A stretch of DNA of 60,110 nt from a virus (IMGVR_UViG_3300014656_000003:1-60110), one strand, 5' to 3'; numbered from the stretch's first letter, positions 35,446 through 45,883 are shown. Made by a program: numbers and translations. Notes: generated by a model not told the origin, from the letters alone.

Positions 35446-36948
35446 TTATCTCCTACCCCTGATTAACGCATTTACATCGAAGGGTGTTTTTTCTTTATCA
35501 GTTATTTCTATTTTCGCCGGTGGGTGTTTTTTATATTCTTTTTCCTGTTCTTCACGGATAAATTTCAAAATAATTTTATTTTCCTCTTTCGTTAAATCCC
35601 GCAATTTACCGTTTTCCCTGACTTTATAACCTCCCGGAACTTCAACAAAGGTTCTTCCTTCATAACTTATCTCTGCCTTGCGTTCCTTTTTTCCTTTAAT
35701 CCGTTCGGCTATATTGTCACCAAGATTTATTGTAAGATCTGCTGCTTTCTTTCCGCCTTCATCCGCCTGCTCCCCCTTACCGCCGCCCTTGGCCTCGATC
35801 AGTTCATCGAGGATTTCGATGACCCTGGCTTCTTCCTCCGGGCCCCCTTTATTCAAATGCGCCCGGATTGCCGCATTAACCGCCTGCATGCGTTTTTCAT
35901 TTGGTTCATTTCCGGTAGTCGGATACAGTTTTTTCGCTTCGTTCCATTTGGTCGCGATCTGGGCCTTCACCTTTTTCGATGGCGGAGGAGCCTGCTCCGG
36001 AAATTGCTTCTTGATCAAAGCGCGGAATTCTTTCTCTGTCGGCGGTTTGGCCCCGTAAACCATGCCCCTGACTTTTTTTGCGCCGTCAACGGCCTCCTGG
36101 AGCACCTTCTCGTAGGTCACCTTCTCGCCGTTCTCGATGCGGGCCTCATAGTTTTTCTGGGCGATCGTCTGGAGTCCCTTCATTTCCCCGGCCGTGATCT
36201 TATCGCTCGTACCCACAATGGCCTTGATCGTCGCGACCGCGCTCATCTGGGGGAGGAGCTTTTGCTCCATCACCTGGACGGCCTCTTCTTCGCTCTTCGC
36301 ATTCCTGATCTGATCCCGGGCCTCGACAATGTTCTGCTCGATCTTGGACAGGGTCCCGGAAAAAAGGACCTTCGGGTTGCTCATGAGCTCCTTCAGGGTG
36401 CCTTCGAACTGTCGCGTCGTGATTTTCTTGTCCCAGTCTTCCTTGTCCGTGTTGCCCCGGAGGACCTTCTTCCAGGACGGAGGCATACCGCTACCCTCCA
36501 CCAGGTTTCCCCAGGTGTCCGCCTTATCGAGCCGGGCCTTTTCGTCCTTGAGGAGCTTCATCCTCTGCTCGTCGGTGGCCGCCCGCTGCTGGGTTGCCGC
36601 GGCCATCTTGTCCTGGTAGGATGCCGCGGCCTGGTCCCGGGTGCCCTGCATCCGTTCCGATTCGACATTATGCCGGCCCGCTTCGATATTTCTATCCTGC
36701 TCCAGTGCGAGCTCCGACTCCCCTTTCCTGATTTGACCAAGCTCTTTTTGTTTAGCCACCTCCGCCAGGGCGAGGTCCTTTTTCAGTCCCGAGGTGGTCT
36801 TGACTTTTTCGAGCTCCAACTGCTTCATATCCAGTCCGGCCTTGGCCTTCAAAAGCTGCACATTAGCAAACGACTTTACGATATCCGAAAGAGACGTTCC
36901 GACATCCCTTATGGCCTCTGCCGGTGTATACCCGCCGTATGGATTCAT
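35446..36948 (-). CDS. Probable ejection/internal virion protein
   Basis: Helical, K/E/A-rich 500 aa; located between the nozzle and the giant protein. Confidence 0.6.
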   Translation of the reverse strand: MNPYGGYTPAEAIRDVGTSLSDIVKSFANVQLLKAKAGLDMKQLELEKVKTTSGLKKDLALAEVAKQKELGQIRKGESELALEQDRNIEAGRHNVESERMQGTRDQAAASYQDKMAAATQQRAATDEQRMKLLKDEKARLDKADTWGNLVEGSGMPPSWKKVLRGNTDKEDWDKKITTRQFEGTLKELMSNPKVLFSGTLSKIEQNIVEARDQIRNAKSEEEAVQVMEQKLLPQMSAVATIKAIVGTSDKITAGEMKGLQTIAQKNYEARIENGEKVTYEKVLQEAVDGAKKVRGMVYGAKPPTEKEFRALIKKQFPEQAPPPSKKVKAQIATKWNEAKKLYPTTGNEPNEKRMQAVNAAIRAHLNKGGPEEEARVIEILDELIEAKGGGKGEQADEGGKKAADLTINLGDNIAERIKGKKERKAEISYEGRTFVEVPGGYKVRENGKLRDLTKEENKIILKFIREEQEKEYKKHPPAKIEITDKEKTPFDVNALIRGRR

Positions 36949-37005
36949 TTAATTTTCCTCCTCTTCCTCTGCTCTTCTAACCCTCTAACCTTCTGATCTT
37001 CTTTC

Positions 37006-37632
37006 TTAAAGAAGCCCCCCAAGAATCCCCGCAACCGCTCCGAAGGCCGCTGCTACCGGTCCCCCAAAGTAATACCCGGCGGCGGCTCCGACCGCTCCGC
37101 CGGCGACCGCACCTTTCGTCTTACTCCCGGTCACCCTGCGGACCCCGTATCCCGTCCCGAAGCCGAGGGATGCGCCTGCTGCACTCCCTGAGACTTTGCC
37201 CATCTTGGCAGCCGCAACGGCTCCACTCATCTTGTAGGCCATGTAGGCCCCGCCCATGCCGAGCCCGATGGCCTGAACGCCTTCGGCCTTCTCGGCCTGG
37301 GCCTCCGCGATGTCCATCTCCTTCTCGGCCTGGTCGATCTTCTTTGCGCTGTCCTCCGCCATGGCCTTAAGGGTCTCCTTGTGTTCCGTTTCCCTCTGGG
37401 CCAAATCGGCAAGGGAGATGTCCTTTTCCAGTTTCAGACCCGCCTCGAACTGCGTCTGGTCCTGCTCCAACTCCTTCTTATATTGATCCGTTGCCGCCTT
37501 GACCCGGCCTTCTTCTCGGTGGGCGGGAAGCTGGGCGTGGATGACCGTGGACAGGGGTAAATTAATGGGCCTCTTCCGCGTGCTCACCGCGTCCATCTGA
37601 GGCGAATAAAGCTCCGCTAAATTAACCGGCAT
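37006..37632 (-). CDS. Probable ejection protein with C-terminal glycine zipper
   Basis: Coiled coil plus GAVAGGAVGAAAG...GPVAAAFGAVAGILGGLL. Confidence 0.65.
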   Translation of the reverse strand: MPVNLAELYSPQMDAVSTRKRPINLPLSTVIHAQLPAHREEGRVKAATDQYKKELEQDQTQFEAGLKLEKDISLADLAQRETEHKETLKAMAEDSAKKIDQAEKEMDIAEAQAEKAEGVQAIGLGMGGAYMAYKMSGAVAAAKMGKVSGSAAGASLGFGTGYGVRRVTGSKTKGAVAGGAVGAAAGYYFGGPVAAAFGAVAGILGGLL

Positions 37633-37643
37633 TTTTTTCTCCT

Positions 37644-38267
37644 TTATGTGGATAGAAGCTCGGGGCCGTAATCCGCGTCCTGAGACTTTTTGTAGCTTTT
37701 CTTCTGGGTTTCTGCTCTCTCCCCATAGTTCCCGATAAACTCGTCGGTCTTTTCCCTCACATAGCTCATAATGTCATCGAAGAAGCCTTTTTGCTTCGTG
37801 TACATATCAACCACGCCCTTGGTCTGATCCGACTGCCACCATGCGCCCGTAAGCTGAAGGGTCGATTTAATTCCCGCAAAGATCATAGAGCGGTTGCCCA
37901 TGGATTCAGCCTTCCCCAGTTGGATATCCTGCAGCCCGATCTCCTTATCGGTCTCCTGCCCTCGGAATGCGATATCCCCTTCGTGGATCCTCGACTGGGT
38001 CTCCATCCGGGTCCCGGCAAGCTCCTCCTTGGTTTCGAGCCCCATGGCGTGCCGCTTGGCCGTTGTTGAAAGCGCCAGGTTGTGCCTGCCGGCCTGCGCC
38101 TCCTCACCGGAAATCTGTGCCTGCTCATCGGCTCGTGCCTTCACGGCCGCGTAAACAGCATCGTCTGCCGCCGCCATGGGCGTTGCCCGGACACTCTGGT
38201 CTACATTCATGAGATCCCGTAAATTGATCGGAAATTTATCTCGCCGTATTTCCATCTTATCCCCCAC
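37644..38267 (-). CDS. Probable ejection protein
   Basis: Position and helical composition. Confidence 0.55.
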   Translation of the reverse strand: MGDKMEIRRDKFPINLRDLMNVDQSVRATPMAAADDAVYAAVKARADEQAQISGEEAQAGRHNLALSTTAKRHAMGLETKEELAGTRMETQSRIHEGDIAFRGQETDKEIGLQDIQLGKAESMGNRSMIFAGIKSTLQLTGAWWQSDQTKGVVDMYTKQKGFFDDIMSYVREKTDEFIGNYGERAETQKKSYKKSQDADYGPELLST

Positions 38268-38302
38268 TTTTGAATTGAAAAATGAATATTGAATATTGAA
38301 GA

Positions 38303-38635
38303 TTAAATACTTCCCTGTCTAAATTTAAGACCCGGGATACCTCCTTCGATCTCCTCACCAAAATAAAGATTATTATCTTTCAGGACCTGATACAGACACT
38401 CACTCAAGGCGCATATCGATTTATGCTCGATCTTTAATTCCAGTTGAGTCTCTATAAATTCGATAATTTCATGCAATAATGTCTCTTCCAACTGCTGTGG
38501 TTCGACATCCTCGTTTAAGTGTATCAGGTTATATTGTGTTTGAAATTGCCCATTCAGATTTGGCAATTCCTTATTTTTTACAATTTTCACATCAATCATC
38601 TTCCCTATAATCTTAATTTTCTCAGGTATTTTCAT
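38303..38635 (-). CDS. Small zincin-like protein (HEIIE)
   Basis: MKIPEKIKIIG...ETLLHEIIE; AT-rich insert. Confidence 0.7.
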   Translation of the reverse strand: MKIPEKIKIIGKMIDVKIVKNKELPNLNGQFQTQYNLIHLNEDVEPQQLEETLLHEIIEFIETQLELKIEHKSICALSECLYQVLKDNNLYFGEEIEGGIPGLKFRQGSI

Positions 38636-38717
38636 CTATTTCCCCTTTTTTCTCATTCGATGTTGAATGTTCGATGTTGAATGTTCATCTTTTATTTTCC
38701 CTTCCAATCTTCAATAT

Positions 38718-39773
38718 TCAATCTTCAATATTCAATTTAAGCGCCTCTTCCCACCTGCGCCTGAGTGTAAAATTATCCCTCGTAAAGAGGGCTATTTTTA
38801 CAAAAGCCAGAAAACCCGCGATATGACAGAGGGTTAGAAAAAATATCGCCGTAAACTTACTGGTCCTGTATTGCCGTCGTTGCCGGTTGCCCAGAAACCA
38901 CGCCCCGTAATCCATCAGTCGGTCCACCAGTATCCGCTTGACGCCCCCGCGCCTCGATGCCTTGCTTTTGATGTATGGTACTACCCGTGCCGCGATCGCG
39001 TAATACCCTCTCAGCGTCACCGGGTCCAGAAATGTGTCTCGACAGAACCGGGTGAGATCCACCTCCGGAGAGAACCGATCCGTACACGCCGTAACGATGA
39101 TACAGCCCCCTCCGCCTCCGCCTGCGTCGGACATGCCCGCGGTGTTGTCGTGGAGCCCTGCTTCCATGCCCTCTTCGCTTGACAGCCCCTCCTCCGCTTG
39201 ACTTAATGGAGCCATGCTCATTGCCATCTGATCGTTAAGAGAGGGTTTTCCTTCCGAAATAGGATCACCATAAACAGCCTCACCGATATCCTTTCCGAAA
39301 GCCTGGGCGATGCCTTTCGCAAACCCTAGAGCAGGATTCATCGCCATCAGACCTAGCCCCAAATTCCCGAGAACAGTGCCCACTTGCTCAGTCGTCGCGA
39401 ACGGTCCGGTATTGTCGCCTGGCGGCCCGGGTTCACCGCCTCCCGTCTCTATGCCTTCCGCTGTCTCGCCGGGGACGGGGACTGGGGCAGCATCGGGGAG
39501 ACCCCCCGGGGCTGCATCCGCGTACACGGAGGAAGCCGTTTTTTTCTTTGCGATGTCCGCCAGAGCAGCATCCTGGGTGGCCTGTATTTCGGATTTTTGG
39601 GCATCGAACTCCGAATCTATCCGCTCCGTCTCCTTCCGGATCTCCGCATCCACGGCCCCGGCTGCCCTTGCCGATTGCGTCCGCGCCTTCACGTCCAGTT
39701 CGAGCGGCGCCCTGCCGGTCTTTCCACCTGTAGCCGCATATTGCGATGAACTAAGATCCCTTAAATCAACCAT
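38718..39773 (-). CDS. Probable ejection protein with Gly-linker and CFI-box-CTERM-like C-terminal domain
   Basis: GGGGGGCIIVTAC...EVDLTRFCRD...GYY. Confidence 0.6.
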   Translation of the reverse strand: MVDLRDLSSSQYAATGGKTGRAPLELDVKARTQSARAAGAVDAEIRKETERIDSEFDAQKSEIQATQDAALADIAKKKTASSVYADAAPGGLPDAAPVPVPGETAEGIETGGGEPGPPGDNTGPFATTEQVGTVLGNLGLGLMAMNPALGFAKGIAQAFGKDIGEAVYGDPISEGKPSLNDQMAMSMAPLSQAEEGLSSEEGMEAGLHDNTAGMSDAGGGGGGCIIVTACTDRFSPEVDLTRFCRDTFLDPVTLRGYYAIAARVVPYIKSKASRRGGVKRILVDRLMDYGAWFLGNRQRRQYRTSKFTAIFFLTLCHIAGFLAFVKIALFTRDNFTLRRRWEEALKLNIED

Positions 39774-39822
39774 TTACCCACCCCGCTCCGATTGAATAAT
39801 GAAGAATGAATATTGAAGATTG

Positions 39823-40032
39823 TTAATCACGCTTCTTACACATCTTGTTTAAGGCTTGCCTCTTTTCTTCCAGCAGCTCGGCTGGAGTCAAGGGAGGCGT
39901 ATTTTCGATCAATTCTTTAGGTACCGAAAAAGCCAGTTGCGTTTTCTCAATCATCTCCATGTAAAAGTCCTTGATGCCTTCGCCCTGGTCATCGTCTACC
40001 AGGGGAATTATTTCCCCGTCTGCATTTGACAT
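39823..40032 (-). CDS. Hypothetical protein
   Basis: GGAGG RBS; 69 aa. Confidence 0.55.
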   Translation of the reverse strand: MSNADGEIIPLVDDDQGEGIKDFYMEMIEKTQLAFSVPKELIENTPPLTPAELLEEKRQALNKMCKKRD

Positions 40033-40102
40033 AGTTTTTCCTCCCTCAATTTTTAACCTGCCCGCTCGTGCCTTGCAATGGCAGGCGGGTCTTCAATATT
40101 CA

Positions 40103-43100
40103 TTATTCAGTTCTTAACACCTCCCACTCAAATCCCCATCCCATCAGCGGCACCCCCTTCTTTGTCGTGGACGTGGCGCACGAAAACTTGAACTGGTGCG
40201 ACCAGCCGTGCCGGTCGATGGTCTTCGTCTTTCTCATGTGCCGGTTGTCTCCCGATATCTCCACGGTATCCAGGGTGGTTCCGGTTGTCGATCCGTCCTT
40301 GTAGTGCGTTATGGTGACATCCGGGTTTTCCGCGATCACCTCACTGAAGAGCTTCACCCTTTTGATCGAGCTCAAGTCCCCGATATCCCCGCCCGGGATG
40401 ATGTCCGCGGTCTTGATGGTCTGGGTGATGTCCTCTCCGTCCCAGGTTGCGCCGTTTTCGAGGCGCATCATGTGGCCGTTGTCCCGAAGCCCATAGACAT
40501 ACTGCCGGCCGTTGGTATCGACCACCTTGAATGCAGCCCGCGGATAGGGTTCCGTAAGGCCTGAATCGGGCTCCTTCTCAAACCACTTCCGCTTTACGAG
40601 ATCCAGGGCGATCCACTTCAGGGCCCCGGTCTTGATCTGGAAGATAAGGTTATATTCCTTATTGTCCGGATCCACCCAGCCCTCGGCCTCCTCGATATAG
40701 CCCAGGTCGATGGCGTCGGTCCGGGACTGGTCAAAAAAATTCTTGATTTTGCCCTCGACGGGCACGAGAAGGGCGGCGTCGCACACGATCGGGCCGGAAT
40801 AGGCAAGCCATATTGCGATGTTGCGGCTCACGTCCTCGGCCAGCCCGAAGCCCACCGCGGCCGTGGCGACCGTGAGAGGCGCCGGGCACCCGTCTTTATC
40901 CGAAAGCTGAAATATCCGCCAGTCATACGGGCTGTCGCCGTTCAGGAGAAAAACATCGCTCTTTTTCAGGAATATGCCCGTGTTGTAGATACTGGACCCG
41001 AACCGGTTGTACAGGCCCACCGCGGCCGTGAGATCGTCGCTGCCCCCGAAATACAGAGACCCGGCAATGCCCGCGCTGCTGTCATCCCCGTTGTGGACAT
41101 CGACGGTGTTTTTGGCGCCGTAATCCACCCGGTTACCCTCTTTGCCCGTCAGGTAGCCGCAGAGCATGGGGTAATTCTTGTACTCGAAGGGAAACTTCCA
41201 CCCAGACGGGATCTGCCTTGGCGCTGATATTCCCTTGATGGCGTCCAGTTTCACATCCAAGGAGAGGTTCTGGCTGAAAACGAACTTGTAGTAATAGAGC
41301 GTCGTATCGCTCGATATCTGTGTGGGAAACTCCGTGTTATGGTCCGGGGGGTTCCATGTGATGGTTCCGGAGGCCGCAAAACTCTTATTGTCCTGGATGC
41401 TCTGATCGTCGATCACTCCGACCGATACCCAGTCGTCCCCGGCCCAATAGTATATCGTGAGGATCGTGTTGGCAGTGGTGTTGACGGCCCCGCCCACCAG
41501 GGTAACATTCACGCCCATCTGGCGCTCCTGGAAGCCTGCCACAAAATAATCCGTCGCGGCTGCCAGGCTGTTGAGCGCGGCATAGGTGGCCGTGTTGGCG
41601 GAGCTGTAATCCTGCTCGGCGACGTTCAGGGTATAATCGTTGTACGTCGATGAGGTATAGACCTGAAACGATATGGCCGTTCGGTAAAACCCGTTCCACA
41701 AATCCTTGACGCTCTGAAATGGTGCGTCCACGCTGACGTGGCTGATTGTGGCCGTGGCGTCGCATTCCGTAACGACGATCCGGTACCAGTAGAGAACGAT
41801 GCCGTCGATGGCCTTGACCTTGGCCGTCGCTGCCGTGCTCGTAAAAGACAAGGTGCCCGTCTGGGCGAGCGGGATCCCTCCGGATGCGGTGCCGTCAAAG
41901 AGGGCGGCAACCGCGGCCCAGGAGCTGCCGTCAAAATATTCCACCGTGAGGGCGCCGGCTGTCGTGTTTGCCGTCGCCACATAGGGCTTGATCCCTTTGA
42001 CCGGGCGGGTCGATCCGACATAGATATAGGTCCTGTAGGTCGCCGATCCGTAGGCCGCAACCGATATTTCAAAGGCGCCCGTGTGTCTGGCCACGTTGCT
42101 GACCCGGTACTCGTCAAGCCTGCCGTTCAGGTAAAACCCCGCGCCGCTTGCTGCGTCATATCCGATATAGACGGAACCGGTATAATCCGCGGCTCGGCTC
42201 GCATCCGAGATGTAGGCCTGCTGTACCCCGTCAACAAAAATCCACCAGTTGTTTCCGGACTCCACCAGCTCCACGTGGTACCAGGTCGCTGTGCTGATGG
42301 TGCCGTCGGGCGTTGCCATCCCGGCTGTGCCCAGGACCTCGGCCGCCGTGTCGAATATGGAGAGCGTAAGGGCCCCGTTTTCGTCCAGGGAGAACTTGAA
42401 GTAGTTGGCTGCGTCTGTTTGTTGATAGTAAAGGGCGTAGTCTGTGCCTGCCCCGGGCAGGGCATCCACGTACAGCCTGAAATCTACCGTAAAGGTACCG
42501 CCGGAGAAATCGAAGTCCGCGTTATCGGGAATGGAGAAATAGGCGTCCGTGCCGTTGAAATCCGCCGAGTGGGTGCCGAATACCTTGACCGTGGCATCAT
42601 AGGCCGCGGTACCGTTAAAGGTTACCGTGTGGATCGTTGTCGGGCTCGAGTCCGTGACGTTGTTGTCTAAGTGGAGGAGAAGCAGGGTGTTTGCATCCGT
42701 GCTCTCGGTTACACGGTGAAGGGTCGCCACGTTGGTCGCGTCGGTCTCGGTGTTCAGGATAGCGCCCGAGCCGGCAATGCCGTAATTGTACTTGAAATCG
42801 CCGTCGGGAGCGTAATTGATGAACCCCGGACACCTGAGCTCCCCGCCCGCATAGACCATGACCTCCTTGCCGTTCGCATAGGCGATATGCCCGCCGGGCC
42901 ACTTGCTGAACCGGCCGAGGCCCGCACCGGTTGCGTCCGTGTGGACAGCCGTGGCTTCAAAGTCTCCCTGGGCCGGGACGGCGGCCTTGTTCTCCAGGAC
43001 CCTCGATGCGGTGCCGGCCGCGTTCAGGGCCTGAATCAGGACTCGAGACTGTGAATCATAGGGGCTCTCGAGCTGGATCCCGTTTCGTCCCTTGAGGTAG

Positions 43101-43285
43101 GTGGTAAGCGCAGTGGTGTTGATCTTGGAATAGCCGAGGACCCCTTCGGTCCCGGTGTTGGTATAACGGCGATTCTTGAGCTCGGAAAAATTGGACTCCC
43201 CGATCTTAAGGGGGTCCTCTTCCGGGATCCATTCGCCGTTAAATAAAAATGTCTTACGATTTAGTTTTTTCCCTTGTGTCGTCAT
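40103..43285 (-). CDS. Tail nozzle/stabilisation-type protein with inserted LamG-like lectin domain
   Basis: LLLHLD...FNGTDAY...FTVDF...TWYHVELV...IFVDG...GRLDEYRVSNVAR is LamG-like; beta-rich C-terminal part; follows the adaptor gene. Confidence 0.7.
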   Translation of the reverse strand: MTTQGKKLNRKTFLFNGEWIPEEDPLKIGESNFSELKNRRYTNTGTEGVLGYSKINTTALTTYLKGRNGIQLESPYDSQSRVLIQALNAAGTASRVLENKAAVPAQGDFEATAVHTDATGAGLGRFSKWPGGHIAYANGKEVMVYAGGELRCPGFINYAPDGDFKYNYGIAGSGAILNTETDATNVATLHRVTESTDANTLLLLHLDNNVTDSSPTTIHTVTFNGTAAYDATVKVFGTHSADFNGTDAYFSIPDNADFDFSGGTFTVDFRLYVDALPGAGTDYALYYQQTDAANYFKFSLDENGALTLSIFDTAAEVLGTAGMATPDGTISTATWYHVELVESGNNWWIFVDGVQQAYISDASRAADYTGSVYIGYDAASGAGFYLNGRLDEYRVSNVARHTGAFEISVAAYGSATYRTYIYVGSTRPVKGIKPYVATANTTAGALTVEYFDGSSWAAVAALFDGTASGGIPLAQTGTLSFTSTAATAKVKAIDGIVLYWYRIVVTECDATATISHVSVDAPFQSVKDLWNGFYRTAISFQVYTSSTYNDYTLNVAEQDYSSANTATYAALNSLAAATDYFVAGFQERQMGVNVTLVGGAVNTTANTILTIYYWAGDDWVSVGVIDDQSIQDNKSFAASGTITWNPPDHNTEFPTQISSDTTLYYYKFVFSQNLSLDVKLDAIKGISAPRQIPSGWKFPFEYKNYPMLCGYLTGKEGNRVDYGAKNTVDVHNGDDSSAGIAGSLYFGGSDDLTAAVGLYNRFGSSIYNTGIFLKKSDVFLLNGDSPYDWRIFQLSDKDGCPAPLTVATAAVGFGLAEDVSRNIAIWLAYSGPIVCDAALLVPVEGKIKNFFDQSRTDAIDLGYIEEAEGWVDPDNKEYNLIFQIKTGALKWIALDLVKRKWFEKEPDSGLTEPYPRAAFKVVDTNGRQYVYGLRDNGHMMRLENGATWDGEDITQTIKTADIIPGGDIGDLSSIKRVKLFSEVIAENPDVTITHYKDGSTTGTTLDTVEISGDNRHMRKTKTIDRHGWSHQFKFSCATSTTKKGVPLMGWGFEWEVLRTE

Positions 43286-43619
43286 CGTCAGATTCCAGCG
43301 GTATGCCTTGTAAGGCCATCCGTCGCATATCCTCCAAATGATATTTAGTAGCTTTTAACTCCTGTTCGGTCGCTGTCGGACCCTTTGGTGTAAATATCTC
43401 TCCCAGGGCCTGATAGAGTTTTTCTGCCAGGTAGGTGGGCAGTGTTATCAAACCGTCAATTTCTATGGGTTCGCCGTCCTTGAACTTTTTCACGGTCCAC
43501 AAAGTTCCCTGCTCCAACGATGGATAGGCAACATCAACACTGCCGTCCCTGTGTTTGGTCATAAAGGCTATATTAATTTTCCTGCCCCAGTCGACCTGGT
43601 CGATCCTTACTTCCCTCAT
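43254..43619 (-). CDS. Conserved phage hypothetical protein (ELKATKYHLEDMRRM)
   Basis: Operon position; motif. Confidence 0.65.
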   Translation of the reverse strand: MREVRIDQVDWGRKINIAFMTKHRDGSVDVAYPSLEQGTLWTVKKFKDGEPIEIDGLITLPTYLAEKLYQALGEIFTPKGPTATEQELKATKYHLEDMRRMALQGIPLESDDDDTREKTKS

Positions 43620-43807
43620 GAATCCCCCATTAAAAAAATCACTGAAAAATTAAGCAGGCCCGCCGCAAACCAGTAAATCGCGCTGCCGTATTTACCGTAT
43701 ATAAACAAAGGGATAGACGCCGCAAAACTCTCAACCATGATGATGATCGGCAATACATCTATAAATTTCTCCATCCCCTGTTTCTTCTCACCTTCTAATC
43801 TTCTCAC
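43616..43807 (-). CDS. Small 2-TM membrane protein
   Basis: Hydrophobic; likely start MEKFID. Confidence 0.55.
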   Translation of the reverse strand: MRRLEGEKKQGMEKFIDVLPIIIMVESFAASIPLFIYGKYGSAIYWFAAGLLNFSVIFLMGDS

Positions 43808-43877
43808 CTTCTCACCCTCTCACCTTCTCACCTTCTCACCTTCTCACCTTCTCACCTTCTAATCTTCTCACCTTCTC
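43782..43877. repeat. 8-mer tandem array (CCTTCTCA)n, about 12 units
   Basis: Directly visible; supplies the stop codon of 43868..44764. Confidence 0.95.
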
Positions 43878-44764
43878 GCATGTACCCGCATCCTCGCAAT
43901 CTCTCTCCTGGCCCGCTCGATCTCCGCCGCGAAAAGCCCGCCGATCTGCCGGGACTCGGTAAACTCCCTCTTGGGCATCTTGAAGATCGATGCCGCGCCC
44001 GCGCAGATCCCCCTGCAGCTCCTCGGGGATATCCGCCAGAATCCGTAGTCGCTGAATACCGGGCTCGGTGTTGTCGCGTAAGGGACGTAGATCGTATGCC
44101 CGGCGGTCTGGGACGGTGCATCCAGGAAGATCTGCTTTTCGGCTGCCGGCTGGATCACGTATCCGTCTCCGCTGGTCCAGTCGTCGTCCGTGCCCGCAAA
44201 AAGCGCCGTCACCAGGTTGTTTGCATCCGTAACCGAGAGCACATACCCCGTTGATCCGTCCGAGGTGTTGTGGACGATGTCCCTGGGGTAGACCCTGTCC
44301 GTCGTGGTGAAGGCCTTCGATGTGTCCGTGAGCGTACACTGCCCGCCCGATGCCGCGCCGGCCGCCGTGGTCGTCCCAGTGATCAGCTCTTCTTTGGCCG
44401 GTTTGTCCCGGATCGTGAACTTGTTGGGCCACTCCTTCGAGTCCGTGAGGTTGCTCTTGTAGATCCGATCCCAGCTATCGAAAATCGGAAAAGAGTAATT
44501 CGACCCGTCGTAATATTTGATGAAAAACCGGTCGCGACGGTTTTTCATGGAAAGAGAGACGTACCCGGTCGGAAGGTCGTAGGCCTGCTGGTCGGCGACG
44601 GTCGTGATCTCCTCCTCGGCATGGAGCGAGAGGGTCTCCCGGGCATAGATCCCGGCGGCCAGGTCCAGGCAGTCATACATTTTCCTGGCAAAGGCGTAGA
44701 GATCATCCTCCGTGAGCTCATCCAGGAAGTCCAGCATTGTAAGTTTTAATTTAGCCCCATCCAT
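43868..44764 (-). CDS. Probable head-tail adaptor
   Basis: TTVADQQAYDLP motif, helical termini, upstream of the nozzle. Confidence 0.65.
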   Translation of the reverse strand: MDGAKLKLTMLDFLDELTEDDLYAFARKMYDCLDLAAGIYARETLSLHAEEEITTVADQQAYDLPTGYVSLSMKNRRDRFFIKYYDGSNYSFPIFDSWDRIYKSNLTDSKEWPNKFTIRDKPAKEELITGTTTAAGAASGGQCTLTDTSKAFTTTDRVYPRDIVHNTSDGSTGYVLSVTDANNLVTALFAGTDDDWTSGDGYVIQPAAEKQIFLDAPSQTAGHTIYVPYATTPSPVFSDYGFWRISPRSCRGICAGAASIFKMPKREFTESRQIGGLFAAEIERARREIARMRVHARR

Positions 44765-44889
44765 TTTCTCACCTTCTCACCTTCTGATTTTCTCACCTTC
44801 TGCCCTTAGCCCCGTCCATTCTTTTACCCTTTTTTTCGTTCGATGTTCGATGTTGGATGTTCGATGTTGGACGTTCATCCCTTTAATCC

Positions 44890-45189
44890 TTACACCTTTG
44901 TCTTCGCCGACTCGACCGCGTCACTCAAGGTAACCTTCTTCTCCGGCCCGATGATCTCACAGGTGGTCAGGTGTATGTTAAATGACTTCGAGGTATCCCA
45001 GATGTCTTCAGCGCTATGAAACCCTTTGACTTTCCCCTTAAGGATCACCGTAATGTCTTCCTCCGGGTTAATATTGAGATAACCCTTCGGTTTGACCTTG
45101 CCGTCCTTCGGGAAGGACAGCCTGGCACTCGCTTTCTCTTTGATTTTCCCTGCCATGGTAGTAGGTACCTCCTTTGCTTCTGATATCAT
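44890..45189 (-). CDS. Hypothetical protein
   Basis: 99-aa ORF with RBS. Confidence 0.6.
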   Translation of the reverse strand: MISEAKEVPTTMAGKIKEKASARLSFPKDGKVKPKGYLNINPEEDITVILKGKVKGFHSAEDIWDTSKSFNIHLTTCEIIGPEKKVTLSDAVESAKTKV

Positions 45190-45270
45190 ATACTTCCTCG
45201 CAATTTTCGACCGGGCGCCCTCGCCTGAGTCGTAGGGTCCCGCCTCGGCGGGATGCCCGCCCTTTTATCC

Positions 45271-45576
45271 TTATCGATGCTGATTTATCAATTGCAACAC
45301 TTCATCCTTTGAGGAAAAACCCTTCCGCATCCACAATGGCTTTGGATTTTTGATTTCCTCCGTCACCAGATCCCCCGTTTTGGCATCGCCACTAATGACG
45401 CGAGTAGCCGAGACATCATCGGTATCGTATATGGATTGCAGCTCTGCCAACGCTCGTTGTTTGTATTGCGGCATGGATAACATATTGACAAAATCCTGTT
45501 TGGCCGCCATGTGTTCCGGGTACGTGAATGCACATAAAATCGGTATAGCTATCAAAATTAGAAAAATTCTATTCAT
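45271..45576 (-). CDS. Hypothetical protein with signal peptide
   Basis: MNRIFLILIAIPILCAFT; AGGAG RBS. Confidence 0.65.
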   Translation of the reverse strand: MNRIFLILIAIPILCAFTYPEHMAAKQDFVNMLSMPQYKQRALAELQSIYDTDDVSATRVISGDAKTGDLVTEEIKNPKPLWMRKGFSSKDEVLQLINQHR

Positions 45577-45586
45577 ACCTTTTCTC

Positions 45587-45883
45587 CTACATAAATGTAA
45601 AATAGCGATCTATCTTTTTGATCGTCGCCAGAAATGGCATCTGATCTTTATAGGTTTCTGCTTGCTTTATTAAAACCGTTGAGCCGGTAAACAATATCCG
45701 CGTTTCGTCATTCATCCGAAACTGAAGCGTCATACAACGTGTGCCCTGTTTATATTTGCTGCTTACCACCTTAAAACCCATCACCATTATCTCACGGTTT
45801 AGCACCTCTGTAATATTGCACTTTGCCCCTTCAAGCGGCCTGTGATCCTTGGCAAAATCACTGAACCGCTTCAGGGTTTCCAT
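45587..45883 (-). CDS. RT-coupled small beta-rich protein (candidate DGR accessory)
   Basis: Overlaps the RT 3' end by 26 nt; alternating beta-strand pattern, unlike the four-helix Avd. Confidence 0.7.
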   Translation of the reverse strand: METLKRFSDFAKDHRPLEGAKCNITEVLNREIMVMGFKVVSSKYKQGTRCMTLQFRMNDETRILFTGSTVLIKQAETYKDQMPFLATIKKIDRYFTFM

